Shown here: in pieces, positions 26,511 through 41,299 of the stretch
Layout of the letters: every line of letters begins with the position of its first letter
How positions within the stretch are numbered: the stretch's first letter is position 1
DNA from: Octopus sinensis
Taxonomy: Eukaryota
DNA length: 64,000 nt
Direction: 5' to 3'
Assembly: GCF_006345805.1 (NCBI RefSeq)
Contig: NC_043011.1
Span: forward strand, 55,564,464-55,628,463
Made by a program: the position numbers and the translations under genes
Notes under the pieces: model-generated
Told to the model about the DNA's origin: nothing
Seen by the model: only the letters and a program-made list of their open reading frames with translations
The model's database searches: none

Positions 26511-29500
26511 ATATCACTTGTTAGCTTTTACGTCCAATTTTCATGTTTACAAGAGATGGACAAGGACATTTAAGGCAATGATCTTCAGCCAGATGCTCCA
26601 CCTGTTGCTAACCCTTAGCTGTTTTTCCATGTAAGGGACATAACAGAGATACAGATACATCCAGTAGAATCAATTTAAGGCGGATGGTACAACAACTCAA
26701 TGAATGATAAAAAAACTTAAGGAAATATGTAACCTCAGGATTTTCCAGCACCAGCATGTCATTATAGAGTTAGATCATCATCATTTAATGTAAACATTTT
26801 TATGCTTGCATGGGTCAGACAGAATTTCTTGAGGCAGATTTTCTACAGCCGGATGCTCTTCCTGTCACTAACCCTCACCGGTTTCCAAGCAAGGTAATAT
26901 TTCCCCAATGGCCCAACATGCTCTTTAAGAATATTGGATGACAGGGACAATCATTTACAATGATCACGTATGCAACAGAAGCGTGCATGCATGCATGCAG
27001 GGAGCTCTCAGTTTCTGTCTTCCAAATTACAAGGGTTTGGTCAACCCTGGGCTACTGCAGAGAATACTTGCTCAAGGTGTCACACAGTGGGACTGAACCT
27101 GGAGCCATGTGGTTGAAAAGCAAACTTCTTATGACACAGCCACACCTGTGCTTGTTTAAGTAAATCTATTTCATTGTGCTAAATATACTTAGAGAATGGA
27201 TGAAATTAAGAAAGTTTAGCCAATTTCAGAATATTCTCTCAAAAATACAAGTAGAATGTTCTATCTCTTTTATATAATATCAAACAGAGAGCTCAAGCAG
27301 AATGGTATAGTTGACCCTATCTTTTATATGTGGTGACATGAAGTCTATCAAGCTGTAAAACAATACCTCAATAATATACTTGAGTAACCCATGTTTGCAA
27401 GGGAAAATGGATGTGAAAATGAGAAAATAAACGAATCAATATAAACGAATAATAATGACTGCTTATAAAATAATTGAAAATAAGGTTAAGTAAAATAAAA
27501 TTTGATCCAAAGGCATATTTTACAAAGATTTTCAGAAATCAACTAATTTTTGAAAACTTATTCCTCTTAAGTTTAATATCTGTTTTGTATAGAGAGCAAA
27601 TAATGTAGGAAATATGTTTCCTATTAAACTCTTCACATTAGTTTATTGCATAACTAAGAACTGAATCTTTGGATTCAATTGTAGGTCAAAATTTTGGCCT
27701 TATACAGGCTTTTGTCTTAGTGCAATTAGGCCTTGATTAATCAACATTTATCAACCAGAATATAAAGAATATGAATTGTGATTGAGAAAGGTCTCTCATT
27801 TCAACTAACTGAAGTTTCTTCCAGTTAGTTCATTTGTCTATATCTGCTGCCAATTTATACAGCATGCACACAAACCCAGATAGGACACCAGTTGAAGACC
27901 AACTAAATATCAAACTTTCAAATAAACTATCTAGTGTGTTGAGACAATGCTCATATGCCAAACTGTGCTTTGAACTTCTGCTTAAAATAAATAATCATAT
28001 TTATAACTATTTTATTCCCCAAATCCTAATTAGTTTGACAGGTAATTTACGCTTTGTCAAAATACCTGATCTAAAACAACATCACTTGTTAAAGGCAAAT
28101 TGAAACAAATTATTTTAAGCATGATTCTGTTAAAAATTTATCATTAACCTTTGCATAACAAGTCAAATGAAAATAAGTATAAGTGATAAAGGAGAAAAAA
28201 TTTTAAAAAAACAAAAACTACATGCTTCAATAGTTTATAGAAGTTAATACACAACTGATTAAAAAAGATAGAATTTCCTATTTGACAATGTCTCTCTCTC
28301 ACACACACACACACACACAGAGCCCTTCCCTTTCTTTGGCACCATTCAAGTTTGAAATTTTGGTCAACCAACTATTACTGAATATTACTTATTTTGGACA
28401 GCAAAAAAAAAAATTTTGCAAGGAGAGTTATTTTTCTCTTTCTCATAACCCCACGACCGTTAGTGATATCAAGGATCTGATCTGCAAATAGTTCCTAATT
28501 GAAGGCAAGTAGTAAACTGGACCAAACATCTTGTGCAATGCATAAGATAGCAACCAAGTTGCTACACTAATAAGGAGAATAATAAATGTATGTTAATTGA
28601 TGATCTAGCTTAAGAAACTTGAAGATGAGAAAAACTAAAACCTGCTTTAGAAAAATCTATTAAGTGACTATCATCATTAAAAGGAAAGATGAGCTTTGTC
28701 CATCATGTATCGGCTGCATTAGCAATAGAATCAAGAGAAAAACAAAAGTAAAACCTGTTAGGTTTACTAGCATTATTTAAACAAAAATGGGCAAGATCAA
28801 GACCACTACTATCATTAATATCGATTATTTGTAATATTTGATCAATATTGTATTGTCCAATAGTATAGTCTACTGAACATGTACTATTGATAAACCATAT
28901 TTCTGAACAGTAGAGAATGTAAAACTTTTATGTTTAAGACAGTCATTAAAAGATAGGGCAGCACGAACAGTAATTAGATGAGAAAACTGTACAGGAAATT
29001 GCTGACCTTCGTTCAGATCAGTTAAGATGTCGAGAACTTGCTGAAGGATGTCATTTCACAATTACTATCCTTACATAACCAAATTATTTAAAAAACCAGC
29101 ATAAAAAAAGTTAGACATCGAAGAAGTGATATTTATTGACATTTTTAATACTTTTTCTATCATACTGACCAAAAATATGTATGAAAAAGACTGGCAAGAA
29201 TATAGATTCAACGACCATTCTAAATATGTTGGTCAATCTCTCAATTTAAACGGCATTAAAGTAAAAAAAAATTTTTTAACTTTCAAAAATAATCGTTAAG
29301 GATAATTCAAATTGCATTAATTTTACTCCAAGAAATAGCAATAATTACAAAATAAGTTAAATTTAGGAAAATATCCAAAGGAAAATCAAGTCAATAGGAA
29401 ATATTCCATCGAATCGAGTAACTAATGATTCAAGCCAACAATTACTGGTGATGGTCAACTGAACAACACTTTTAAGGCGACAGAAAAAGAGAAAAACTAA

Positions 29501-30342
29501 TTAAGAAAAAAATTTGTTTGAATGATTACAGTAAAATTGAATGCCGTCAGAAATTTCCAATTCATACACACAAATTAAGTGCATAGACGAGGAATAAACT
29601 ATTAAAATGAATGTGTGGTAAATACTCTTACACATATACACAAATAAATGGTATATTCACAAACACACTGAGATAATGTAACATATTTACAAGGCATACA
29701 ATGTTTCACTTGTGAAAGGCCACCTTATCAGAAAGAACAAGGTTGCCTATTGAAGATGAAAAAAGCATCAACACAAGTCCTTGTTAAAAATAAAATTTAT
29801 ATGAGAAGGCCAAGTCATTAAAAAGATAAATATAGGCATTTTAAAGAACTTCTGAACAGCGAATTTAGTTATTTAAATAAAATAGAGCTTCTGATTAAAA
29901 AAATGAGCGAGTATTTAATTCAAAGTGATCATGGCACTTGCAGAAAGCTAATTCTGCATGTAGCATCATTTGTAGATGACTTAATATTAAAGGTTGACGT
30001 GAAAACTAGTTTTTAAAACATTAAATAAAAGATACGAACACAATTCGCTACTTGAAGCAGAAGTAGACCGGAGTGAAGACGAAGAAGAAGAAGCATTATA
30101 AGTAAAACAAACTGTTGCTGCAATCCAAATTGCAACATTGATCATTGTAACAAGTCGAGATAATAAATATATACAAAGAAATATCTAAATGCAGGAATTT
30201 TAGCTTTGCACTTTTGCTTCTAATCCACCACCACCACCCCAAAAAAACCCCCCGAGTATTTCACAAAACCCCAATAAGTATATATTGCAACAGAATAGAG
30301 AAGATCTGCTGATAATTTGGAAGTGATCTTCATATATATATG

Positions 30343-30377
<35 letters not shown>

Positions 30378-31747
30378 GTATATGCATCGCGCGCGCGAGC
30401 ACACACAACTTTGCCATCAAAAGTGACTTGAAATGCAAAGGAATTAGATTTTGCATTGTAATCTAAACTCTGACAAAAGACTAATATTATATAAACTTGG
30501 ATGAATTAAAATTTTAGATCTAAGTATATCAGGATTTGAAAAATGCAGTCGGGAAATTTGAACATGTTCAAAAAGTTTAACAGGAAGACCATTTAAAGCG
30601 TTGCCGGTAGTCAGAAATGTCCATCAATTGACATTTTTATAAGACACTTCTCCTAAGACATCATCATAGTCCTAGAATAATATCACCAGTTTCGGTCAAG
30701 GGAATTAAAAATTATTACAAATGTAGCCAGAAAAAAAAAAAATGATCTGCTCAATTTATAATAAATGCAGATCTTTTATTTTCTACTAATTAATTTATTA
30801 TGGCCACAATTGAATGTTATTACGATCTGTAGAGATGAGATAACCTGGATGCTTATTGTCCGTGTTTACTTAATCTTCTAAATCAAAAATGCCAGAGATA
30901 AATGACAATTTAACAAATCCATACGGATATAGGACCACTGGGAGGTTTCCTCTACGTAAATAGATCAATGTCAGAGAAGGAAACATATTTGACAAATATT
31001 AAACACTTTTGACGAAGCTCATTTAAAAAAAATTTTTTTGTACAACTTTGCAAAATGTCTGAAAATAAAATGGTTTTTAGAAAAGCAAATAATTTATAAT
31101 CTATGGTGGTTTTAAAAGTCATCAACAATCGTTCTGCTGCAGAAATCTTCACGTCTCTCCACTTTTACCATCTGTGATAATTTAACTGGAATGAATTATT
31201 TAAAAAAAGCGAGCAGCTAGCGGTTCAACGAACGAAAAGAGAGCTAATTTAGCTGAAATTTTACGGAATGGGTAGCGCCAGTAGTTGCGAGTACTTGAAA
31301 ATATCTGGTTTATTAAAGCAGACAAGATTTGATACAAGGGAAAAGATATAGTAAGATCGGTTAGATGAGGAGAGACTGGGAATAATGGCAGAGTTATGGA
31401 CCAGTTGGCTGAGGTTAGATACATGCAGAAAAGATGGACATCTTCAGCCAAACGAGCAGATTTTCGAGACGATAAAGCCAAGTTGGAAAACGAAGAACTG
31501 AAATGTTCCAGTTGAAAACCATTTTTATCGTTCGCGTTCATCTAATTTATTTTATTTGGTGTAATTATTGCCATTGGAATTGGCAAGCAGAATGGTTAAA
31601 TGGTCTGCACAGGTAGCAATAAAATGACAAAAAACCTAAGTGACAATTACTGAATAAAAAACTGACAGTTAACGAGAATCGTTGAACGACTGAAAAGAAA
31701 TTAGAGCGAAAAAAAGCCGGGTTCCGATGGAGGTAAGTTCTTCAGCT

Positions 31748-32142
31748 AAAATGGCGGCACCCATAGCGATGAAGATAACTATCAACAAAGTTAGGGCCAC
31801 TGGCACATTCCACCAACTTCGGCTTTGGCTTCCGGATGAAGAAAAAAAAAAAAGACGAGAAAATATTCAACTTTTATTCTCAACTTTCGGTTAGTTTAAA
31901 GAAGGGGGAAAATAGAGACAGGAAATTAATGGAAAAAAAGAAAGAATGGAATTAAGAAGTAGAAAGGAAATGGAGAAAGAAAGAACAAAAAAAAAAAAGC
32001 AATGGAAAGGCAGCTCCCTGTTGAAGAATTGTCGGCAGCGAAATAAATGGTCGTTGAGGCCGGAGGAGCAGCAAATGTTACCATCGGAAGAGCAAGCACC
32101 TGACATTATTATCAGAAAACGATAATTATTCAACATGGCGGC
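31748..32142 (+). promoter_or_regulatory. Two YY1/Pho-type motifs (AAAATGGCGGC 31748-31758; AACATGGCGGC 32132-32142) and an ETS-like CTTCCGG
   Basis: Exact AANATGGCGGC matches in a CpG-enriched, SINE-free patch of Gq intron 1. Confidence 0.4.
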
Positions 32143-33189
32143 CAAAAAACAGCAGAAAATGGAAAAAGGAAGGGCTTTGGTAGTTGAAAGACCAGCAACG
32201 GATAGAGTTGCAGAATTAGATAGACAAACAAACAAACCATCGAAAAAAAGGAAAAATTGGGGGGGAAAGAAAAGAAAGAAGAACACAAAAAAAAACACAA
32301 CACAAGAGCGAGGGAGAGGGGGGAAAGGCAATGGATGAAAAGAAGTGAAACGATGGCTCCACACCCACTGACAACATTTGACGACAAGGAAGGGTTGGCG
32401 ACAACTCATGATAACAAAGATGGAAAAAGTGTCGGAACGTGATGTATGGAGAAGGGATGAGATAGACAGATACACAGATAGATAGATAGATAGACAGATA
32501 AATAGATAAGGAATCTGTTCCATCTTTTCGATTTAAACAAGCCCAGCTGTAAACAAACAAACAAATTATATATACGTGTAATTAGTCTGATCATCGATGA
32601 TATCGAACAGATCGGAATTTCAGATGATAAATATACACAGAGGAAAGGAAAAAGGTGTGTGACGATCGCCCATCTACGCCAAGAAAATACATTCTTGTAG
32701 CCATGACCCGAATCCTATATATCTACACCAGTTTCATTATGTATAATGTAGTTTATGTGGTAAGGATGTGTCTAATACGTATTCAACTGGAGTAACGCTG
32801 CAGTTATGAAAACAGCATACACTCTGCTATATATACTGCTGTGTGTAGCTTGTGTATAAGTGAGAGAGAGTATAGAATGTCTAAAACTAAATACATATAT
32901 GGTGAGATTAGCTTGGAAGGTGCATATATATATCTATATATATGTGTGTATATATATGTGTGTGTGTGTGTATAATCGTACAGTGCCATGTACACAGATA
33001 GAGGGAGAGTGTGTAGCAAAAATCAGAGTGTATCTTTTCTCTAATATATATATCTGATGTTGTAATGTGTGTGTAGTAAGGGAGAACGAAGGAGAGAGGA
33101 AGGAAGCAAGCAACACAAGAACGAGAAGAAGGCAACAGCAAAAACTGGGAGTGGTAGGGGTGTGAATGGAGAATAATTGGTTTGTGTTA

Positions 33190-33660
<471 letters not shown>

Positions 33661-35929
33661 GGTGATAGTAAGAGGGTAAATAGTAAAGAGGGCGGAGGTA
33701 TAATTAGCAGCGAACCGACTGAGGGTAGCAGCAGGGCTGATAATAGTTACCAGTAGTAGTAGTAGTAGTCGTAGTACTATCATTAGTGAGTAGTAGTAGT
33801 ACCACCACTCACTATTTGGATCATGATTACTACTACAACTAATACTAGTAAGCAATAGTAATTAATACTAACCGTGCTGCAACGACCGACCACTATCAGC
33901 AACACCAATTGTCACGGTGGTGGTGGTGGTATTAGTAATAGTGTTAACAGAAGACAATTACAACTGCGACGACTATTACTATTGATAGTGTTGCAGCGAT
34001 GACAACCACTACTACCCTCACTAACAATAGTAATACTAATAGTAGTAATTTTGTTGGTATGTACAAGATTAAAAGGTTTAGAAATATATGCTCATATTTA
34101 TTTATTTACATATACCAACAGATTAATAGTAATGACAGACAATAAACTGTTTTTTTAAAGGTATTAATTATAAAATATCATTTGATTTACGTATGACAAA
34201 TAGACATGAAATATATATTTTTTTTAATAATTGACTTGGATAGTCAAGTAGAAGACAGCTTCTACAGAGTGTTAGAAGTGTTCTTTCCTCTCTTCCAAGC
34301 TAGACAACACACTCACAGACAATACTTACAAAACAGACAAGTCGACCAGTATAAAGACGTGTAGACGTCTACGAAAAATCTCTCGACATCAGAGTCTTTC
34401 GAGGTTTGAAGATTTGAGGAATTAACAGAATTTCAAGCATAGATCACTTTTGATAAAACCAGTGACACACTTCTAACCTGTTCTATAATTAAAACTAGTT
34501 TCTCTCTGCCGAAAACTATCAGGCAGACGAAAATCACATAGGTAATATATATATTATTATATATATAACAGATTACTAATAAAACATCATCAAGGAATGG
34601 AGAAATTGAAACGGGAGAGGAAAAAAAGCCCTAGATCTCACCGGTATATCTGAAAAATAGCTTTAACTTGCACTCCTGTTAGTCCAAAAAGAACGACTCT
34701 TCCTTCCTGAATACGTGTAAGAAACGTTCCCCTCGAAACCCCCACAAGAAAACCAAGCTGTCGACCGAATGGTCCTTCTTTTTCCCCCCAGTGTCTTACA
34801 AATTACTTGTATGATGTGAAAATATTCTTTGCCCCTATCCTCCTCGCCAACCAACTCGGCCAAGAAACAGCCTGCTTATAGAAGCTACAGTTCTTACTTC
34901 TGCCGTATAGACAACTGCCTATATAGGATTCTGACTCGATGCTAGATGGATCATCTACAGCTTGAGGATTATCGCTGTACCTACCGAATTTAAAGTTAAT
35001 CGATACTGAAATGCTGAGGATCAAGCGATTTTTTTAATCGACCAATTTGTGTCATTTATCCACTCCTGTCGACACGAAATCAAGGGGAGTGATGAAAGTT
35101 GAACGGAACAGCCTAAGCCTGACAGTGAAGCACTTTGGGAAATTTGCTCTTCACATTTCAATACGAAAACAGCATTTCGCTATTTACTTAGTTGCATAAG
35201 GTAATGGGTGGCAGATACATTTTAATAATCGATACATGATGGCTTATGTGCGGCTTATCACTACAACTAACAGCACATGTAGGATGCACACACGCACATA
35301 TGTCTAAGGAAGTCGGCTAAGTTTTTTTTTTGTTCTTTATTCAGGAAGTATTTTTGAAGCAGGCTCCCTCCCTTTGTGCATCTTAAAAACATTTTTGCCA
35401 CCAAAGACCATTACGTCTCTAGGAATTAAAACCCTCGCAATAAATTACATGTCCAGCTTTTAAATGCTTCTTTTTTCTACAATTACAACATTTCGTTGCG
35501 AGCATCGAATTTTTAATTACACCACTTTGCGATAAGTTAACATAATTTTTAAAAAGAATCTCTTCAAAGTATGATAAAGCAAATATATTTATGTATATTT
35601 GCAAGAAAAGTTGAAAAAGTTAAAATTCTATTAAAGAAGTTATTTCTTAAAATAAATAAAAAAAATTAAAAAAGAAGCTAATCCTAAGTTTTAGCTGCCC
35701 GGTCTGTTTTCACATCACATCCTCATTCGGCAAGTTGTCATCATATTTCGCTTCCTTTTCCTGATTCTTAGGAACTCCCGCCCCGCGAAATCTTACCCAA
35801 ACCCCTCTCCCAGTTATGTGCATTTGAGAACCACCTGTGTCGGTAATATTAAATAAAAATGTGTTGGGAATAACATCGACGAACATTTGGATGGAATATA
35901 TTTCTCTTAAGAATTGAAAACTTTTTAAA

Positions 35930-36108
35930 GTGTATGTGTATATGCCTGTATATTTTAAGTATATGTATAGATGTTAATATGTGAATGCATATACATATAT
36001 ATATGTACACATGTATATATACACACACTCATGTTGCTATATATAATAAATATACATACACATGAGTATATATGTGTGTGCACATATACATGTATATATA
36101 TATATATG

Positions 36109-36174
<66 letters not shown>

Positions 36175-36310
36175 TATATATAAATACATACACACATACA
36201 TAAGAATGTATGTATAGATACATGCATGTGTGTGTGTATATATATATATGCATATATATATATATTTATGCATATATACACACACATAAAAATATGTATA
36301 GACGCATTCA

Positions 36311-36345
<35 letters not shown>

Positions 36346-36600
36346 GCATCTATATATATATATATTATGCATATATATATATATATATACACAGACTCAC
36401 ACACATAAAAATGTATGTATAAAAGCATTCATGTGTGTGTGTGTATATATATACACACACTCACACAAAAATGTATGTATAGATGCATTCATGTGTGTGC
36501 GTGTGTGTATATATATATATATATATGCATATATATATACACACACTCACACATACATAAAAATGTATGTATAGATGTATGCATGTGTGTGTGTGCATAA
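35930..36600. repeat. Compound (TA/TG/CA)n satellite
   Basis: Direct inspection. Confidence 0.95.
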
Positions 36601-37375
36601 TAATGGTTCCTGGACTGGATAGCATTCTGAGACCTTGAGCAAGACATTCAGCTGTAAATGTGTTGCAACTAGTGCAGGGAGCAGCCTCTCTTATCTCAAC
36701 TATCACACCTTGATGCTCTGCTGGACCAAGGGTGGGGTGGATAAGCTAACAAGATGTTTATATCTTCTCGCGACTACCCAGGTACCCAAAGCAATATACA
36801 AAGCTACCAATTCATACTTGCAAGCCAGTAATGGCTAAGGGTGGCTTATATACAGGGCACATACTTGGTACTATCAGATGGAATCAGCTGTGCCTGGGAC
36901 TCATGTCAGACAGGGTCGTCATGCTCCAGAGTACTGATTGAGGTCACCCACCACACTATCTGTATAACAGTTATATATATACACATTTACACTCATACAT
37001 ACTATGTGTGCATGTACACATTATTTGTGTGAGTATTCATGTGTGTTTATATGTGCTTGTACATATATATATGTGTGTGTGTGTGTGTATGCTTGTGTGT
37101 GTGTGTGTGTGTGCGATGTGTGTATTATATTACAATAATGTGAACTTATAAGAACAGTTTTACAAAGAGTTTCTTCCAGTCCTTTAGAACTATGGACATC
37201 AGACAAGGTCAGGCTGGATTGTCTGACAACTATAGCTCTGGAGGCTTGTGGGAAAGAATCATGTAGTTCGAATAACTTCACATAATTGTAATATAATCAT
37301 ATATTTAACTCTTTTTCCATATATTGAGTGCTCTATGATGTAGTGCGACTACACTCTATCTATCTCTGTCTCTCT

Positions 37376-37419
<44 letters not shown>

Positions 37420-37429
37420 ATAACAAAAT

Positions 37430-37780
37430 AATAAATAAAACATATGCATATATACATACATATATGTACGTACCTACATCTATATGTATATATACATGCA
37501 TATATGGGTACAGGGCACCACAAAAAAACATAGAACACAACGAGAAACGAAAACATAAAAACAAAACCATGGAAACAGACATTTTTTTAAACAACGAAAA
37601 AACAGAGTACAAGGCATACAACACAAGGAAAATTCCCCTTCTTCAGCCGCCCCTGCTTCGTCTACTCCATGTTTCGAAGGTAAGGGCGAGACACGACTTC
37701 GCTGAAACAGTCCTTCCCGCAAAGCAAATTAAATAAAATTTGAGATTTTTTGCAGAGGGGTAAAAGTGGTAACAAGAACA
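37430..37780 (-). repeat. ~330-bp unclassified repeat, second copy
   Basis: Homologous to 19870-20200. Confidence 0.75.
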
Positions 37781-37796
37781 GGACAGTAAAATATAA

Positions 37797-37829
<33 letters not shown>

Positions 37830-37969
37830 TTTATATATAAAACCACCTTTAAATATATGATTTAGATAAAGATAGTTATGGCTGGTTTATAGGGTTACCC
37901 AGGGTTTCACATCCATAAAGCCCTTTGCTTTACAATGTCTTGTCAGACCCTGATGACTGGTGGCCATTT

Positions 37970-38029
37970 GAGTCTGACAACTCACTTCTGCAGCCAAGTG
38001 CATTGTAGGTGTGAAACCAATGGTCACTC
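37970..38029 (+). ncRNA. Decayed hammerhead motif
   Basis: gagu-CUGACAA (G8A)-...gugu-GAAA-ccaaugg-UC-acuc. 4-bp stem I. Confidence 0.45.
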
Positions 38030-38216
38030 TATGACCAGCCGAAACAATTAACTTCCTCAAAAAGTATGTTACTACCCTAATTTTGTAGAGTGTGCTTCTT
38101 TTTTGGATATATGATAATTATATATATCATTATCATCATCATTGTTTAACGTCCGCTTTCCATGCTAGCACGGGTTGGACAATTTGATTGAGGACTATAT
38201 ATATATATATATATAT

Positions 38217-38590
38217 CATCCTCATCATCATCGTTTAACGTCTGTTTTCCATGCTAGCATGGGTTGGACAGTTCAACCGAGGTCTGGGAAGCCAGGAGGC
38301 TGCACCAGGCACCAGTCTGATCTGGCAGTGTTTCTACAGGTGAATGCCCTTCCTAACGCCAACCACTCCGTGGGTGTAGTGGGTGCTTTTTACATGCCAC
38401 TGGCACAGGGCCAGAGAAGACTGGCAAATGGCCACGATCGGTTGGTGCTTTTACGTGTCACTGACATGGACAGCGGGTCACTCTAAGATCCAAGGTTAGC
38501 ACAGTAGGCCGTCCTGTGAGCCATGAACTCACTTCATTCGTCGGGTCTTCAAAGTCACAGCGTATCTCCAGAGGACTCGGTCTTTCATCA
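38217..38590 (-). mobile_element. RTE LINE 3' end (last codons, UTR, tail)
   Basis: DRVLWRYAVTLKTRRMK* followed by the common tail. Confidence 0.8.
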
Positions 38591-39114
38591 CATACATACA
38601 CACACACATGTGTGTGCATGCAAATGTATTTGTGTGGTCAGGAAGTTCTCTTGCCAACCACATGGTTTTATGTTCAGCCCCACTCTGGGCAAGTGTCTTC
38701 TATTATAGCCTCTGGGCACACTAATGTCTTGCAGTGGAAATTGTAAGAAGTGCATTGTGTGTGTTTCTCTTTCTGTTGGCATTTGGCCATAAGGAAATAT
38801 TACTTTACTTGGAAGGAGATGAGGATTGGTGACAAGAAAGGCATCTGGCCAGAGAAAATAGGCTTCAATAAACTCCATTTGACCCATGCAAGAAGTGAAT
38901 GTTAAAATGATGACAATGATATTTGTGCATGTGTGTGTGTATGTATATATATATAAAATTAATCAAAGGACATACTAAGTATGTATACCTGCTTGAAATA
39001 ACAGTCAAAACTCTTATTAAATCGCCAAAAATACACTGATGAAAACTACAGAAATCAAACGAAGGCAAAATCAGGTTAAGACAATCTACTAACATACATT
39101 TAAGTATTTGGACT

Positions 39115-39169
39115 CATGTGGACCGGTTTCTGCATTGGTAAAATAAAACCTTAGCTTCTTCAGCACACG
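39115..39169 (-). ncRNA. Compact type I hammerhead ribozyme motif
   Basis: cgugug-CUGAAGA-a-gc..ggu/acc..gc-a-GAAA-ccgg-UC-cacaug. 6-bp stem I and palindromic ACCGGU stem III. Confidence 0.7.
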
Positions 39170-39307
39170 TTACCATGTTTAGAGACTCCCAACCCATCAT
39201 TTAGAAGTCTGTGCTGCAACTGATTCGTTTCACGCCAAAATCACAACAGCCACTGGTGTAAAATAATCTCGATACAATTTACGAGAAAAATAATTCACCT
39301 TCGTAAA

Positions 39308-39344
<37 letters not shown>

Positions 39345-40134
39345 GACACTTCATAAATTAATTATATATATATCTCATCATCATCATCATTTAATGTCCA
39401 TGTTCCATGCTGGTTTGGATCAGACAGTTTGACAAGGATCCAATGAGTCAAGGACTGCTCATGTTAAGCTCAAGAGCAAAACATCAATTATATAACGAGA
39501 AACCAAGTTATATCACCTGAGGTTATGCTTCTGCCCTGTGGGATGCATTGCAATTCATTGTATGGTTTGCAACCCATGAGAGAATGGTGCAGAATGTGTC
39601 AAAATGACCATTGGGATAAATGAAATTTTCAGCATATGCTACCTCCCACATCAATTGTTTCTACCATATATCATTATCATCATCGTTTAACGTCTGCCTT
39701 CCTTGCTAGCGAACCAGATGGCTGCACCAGGCTTCAATCTTGATCTGGCAGAGTTTCTACAGCTGGATGCCCTTCCTAACGCCAGCCACCCCGAGAGTGT
39801 AGTGGGTGCTTTTACATGCCACCAGCACAGGGCCAGTCAGGTGGCACTGGCAATGACCTTGCTCGAATCTTTTAGACATGCCACTGGCACAGGTGCCAGT
39901 AAGGCGATGCTGGTAACAATCATGCTCGAATGGTGTTTTTTACGTGCCACTGGCACGGAGGCCAGATAGCCGCTCGGATGTGATCATGCTCGTATGACGA
40001 TCACGCTCGGATGGCAATGTATTTATAAAAATATATATATATGTGTATTTATATAAATATATGTATGTATGGGTGGGTGGGTGTTTGAGTGTGTATCTGT
40101 TTGCATTTATGAAAAAGTGTAAATGAGTTGAGAG

Positions 40135-41090
40135 AAAATTGGATGCAGGAAGAATCAGATGTAGTGTGCAAGACTCATGTGATGTGAATGGACGAAGACA
40201 GCTGCATAAAAAAAGGTGCCATTGCCTAAATGTGGAGGGAACCTGTGGAAAAGGAAGACCTAGGAGGACTTGGGCCAAAGAAGTGAAAAATGATCTTGAG
40301 ATGCTGAGCCTCACAGAAGAGATGACAAAAGACCAAATTGATTGGCAATTTGCTCTGCTTGAGAAAACCCATCCAACTAAGTAAAACCAAAGCCATAAAG
40401 GCATGTCCTTTATGTCCATTCATCCCCGACAAACCCCTTCCCCCGTAATCCATATTCTCAACACCTTCTCTCCTTTTCCACCACCCATGCTCACCATCTG
40501 CTGTATTCCCCTCCCCTCTATCTCCCACTTTCCCTTGTGAACCTACCTGCACACAATGTGACCCTTTCAAATCTCTTCCCCCACAACATACCCCCTCCCA
40601 ATGCTCCCACTTTCCTTTCACTATCTCACCCTGTTCAGTCCCTCATCCACTTCACTATATACTCTTTCCCCTTAACTAGGGTGTTAAACCCCATTACATT
40701 TCTGTCATCTTATCTCCCCCACACCCTACCCACAACCGAGGGAGCCATGTATCCCTTCTACTGCAAGACACTCGTTTCTCTCCTTCCTATTCAGACTTAG
40801 ATCTCTCATCATCTGGCACAAAGCCACCTCCCTCAATACAACTGCCCCTCTCAGTTGTGGGGTCTTGTCCCCTGAGTTACTTGGTGACCCCTGCTGGTGC
40901 TGGTGCCACATGAAAAACACCCAGTACAGTCTGTAAAGTGGTTGGTGTTAGGAAGGGCATCCAGCCATAGAAACCCTGCCAAAACAGACAGCAGAGCTTG
41001 GCGTGGTCTTCTGGCTTTGCTAGTTCCTCTTGAACCATCCAACCCATGCCCGGAATGGAAAGAGGACATTAAATGATGATGATGATGATA
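40135..41090 (+). mobile_element. 5'-truncated RTE LINE, subfamily with pyrimidine-rich 3' UTR
   Basis: CLNVEGTCGKGRPRRTWAKEVKNDLEMLSLTEEMTKD, then the UTR and (GAT)n tail. Confidence 0.88.
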
Positions 41091-41299
41091 TCACACACAC
41101 ACGCACGCACACACACACTCTCACACACACACACACACACACATGCACACACACTTATTCTTATACATATATATAGAGAGAAAAAAATTATCTTATTCTA
41201 CTTCTGGGAGCGGCTTCTTCCCCTCAAAATCTTGAATTCATTTCCTGCAGATGTTTATGCATATTCGTTGGTAATACTTTTCTGTGTATATATATACAT

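Noticed and set aside
18798-26573. Many long Y/I/H/T/C/V-rich ORFs (also near 36, 45 and 58 kb)
   Set aside because: Translations of dinucleotide microsatellites.
31200-31541. 113-aa minus-strand ORF in intron 1
   Set aside because: No recognisable domain; more likely chance within regulatory sequence. A tblastn or Ribo-seq check would settle it.
31891-32523. 210-aa Phe-rich ORF and overlapping K-rich ORFs
   Set aside because: Products of low-complexity poly-purine and (GATA)n sequence.
37150-37215. Possible hammerhead on the minus strand (CUGAUGU...GAAAcucuuugUA)
   Set aside because: Core is mutated and stems I and III do not pair; too degenerate to call.
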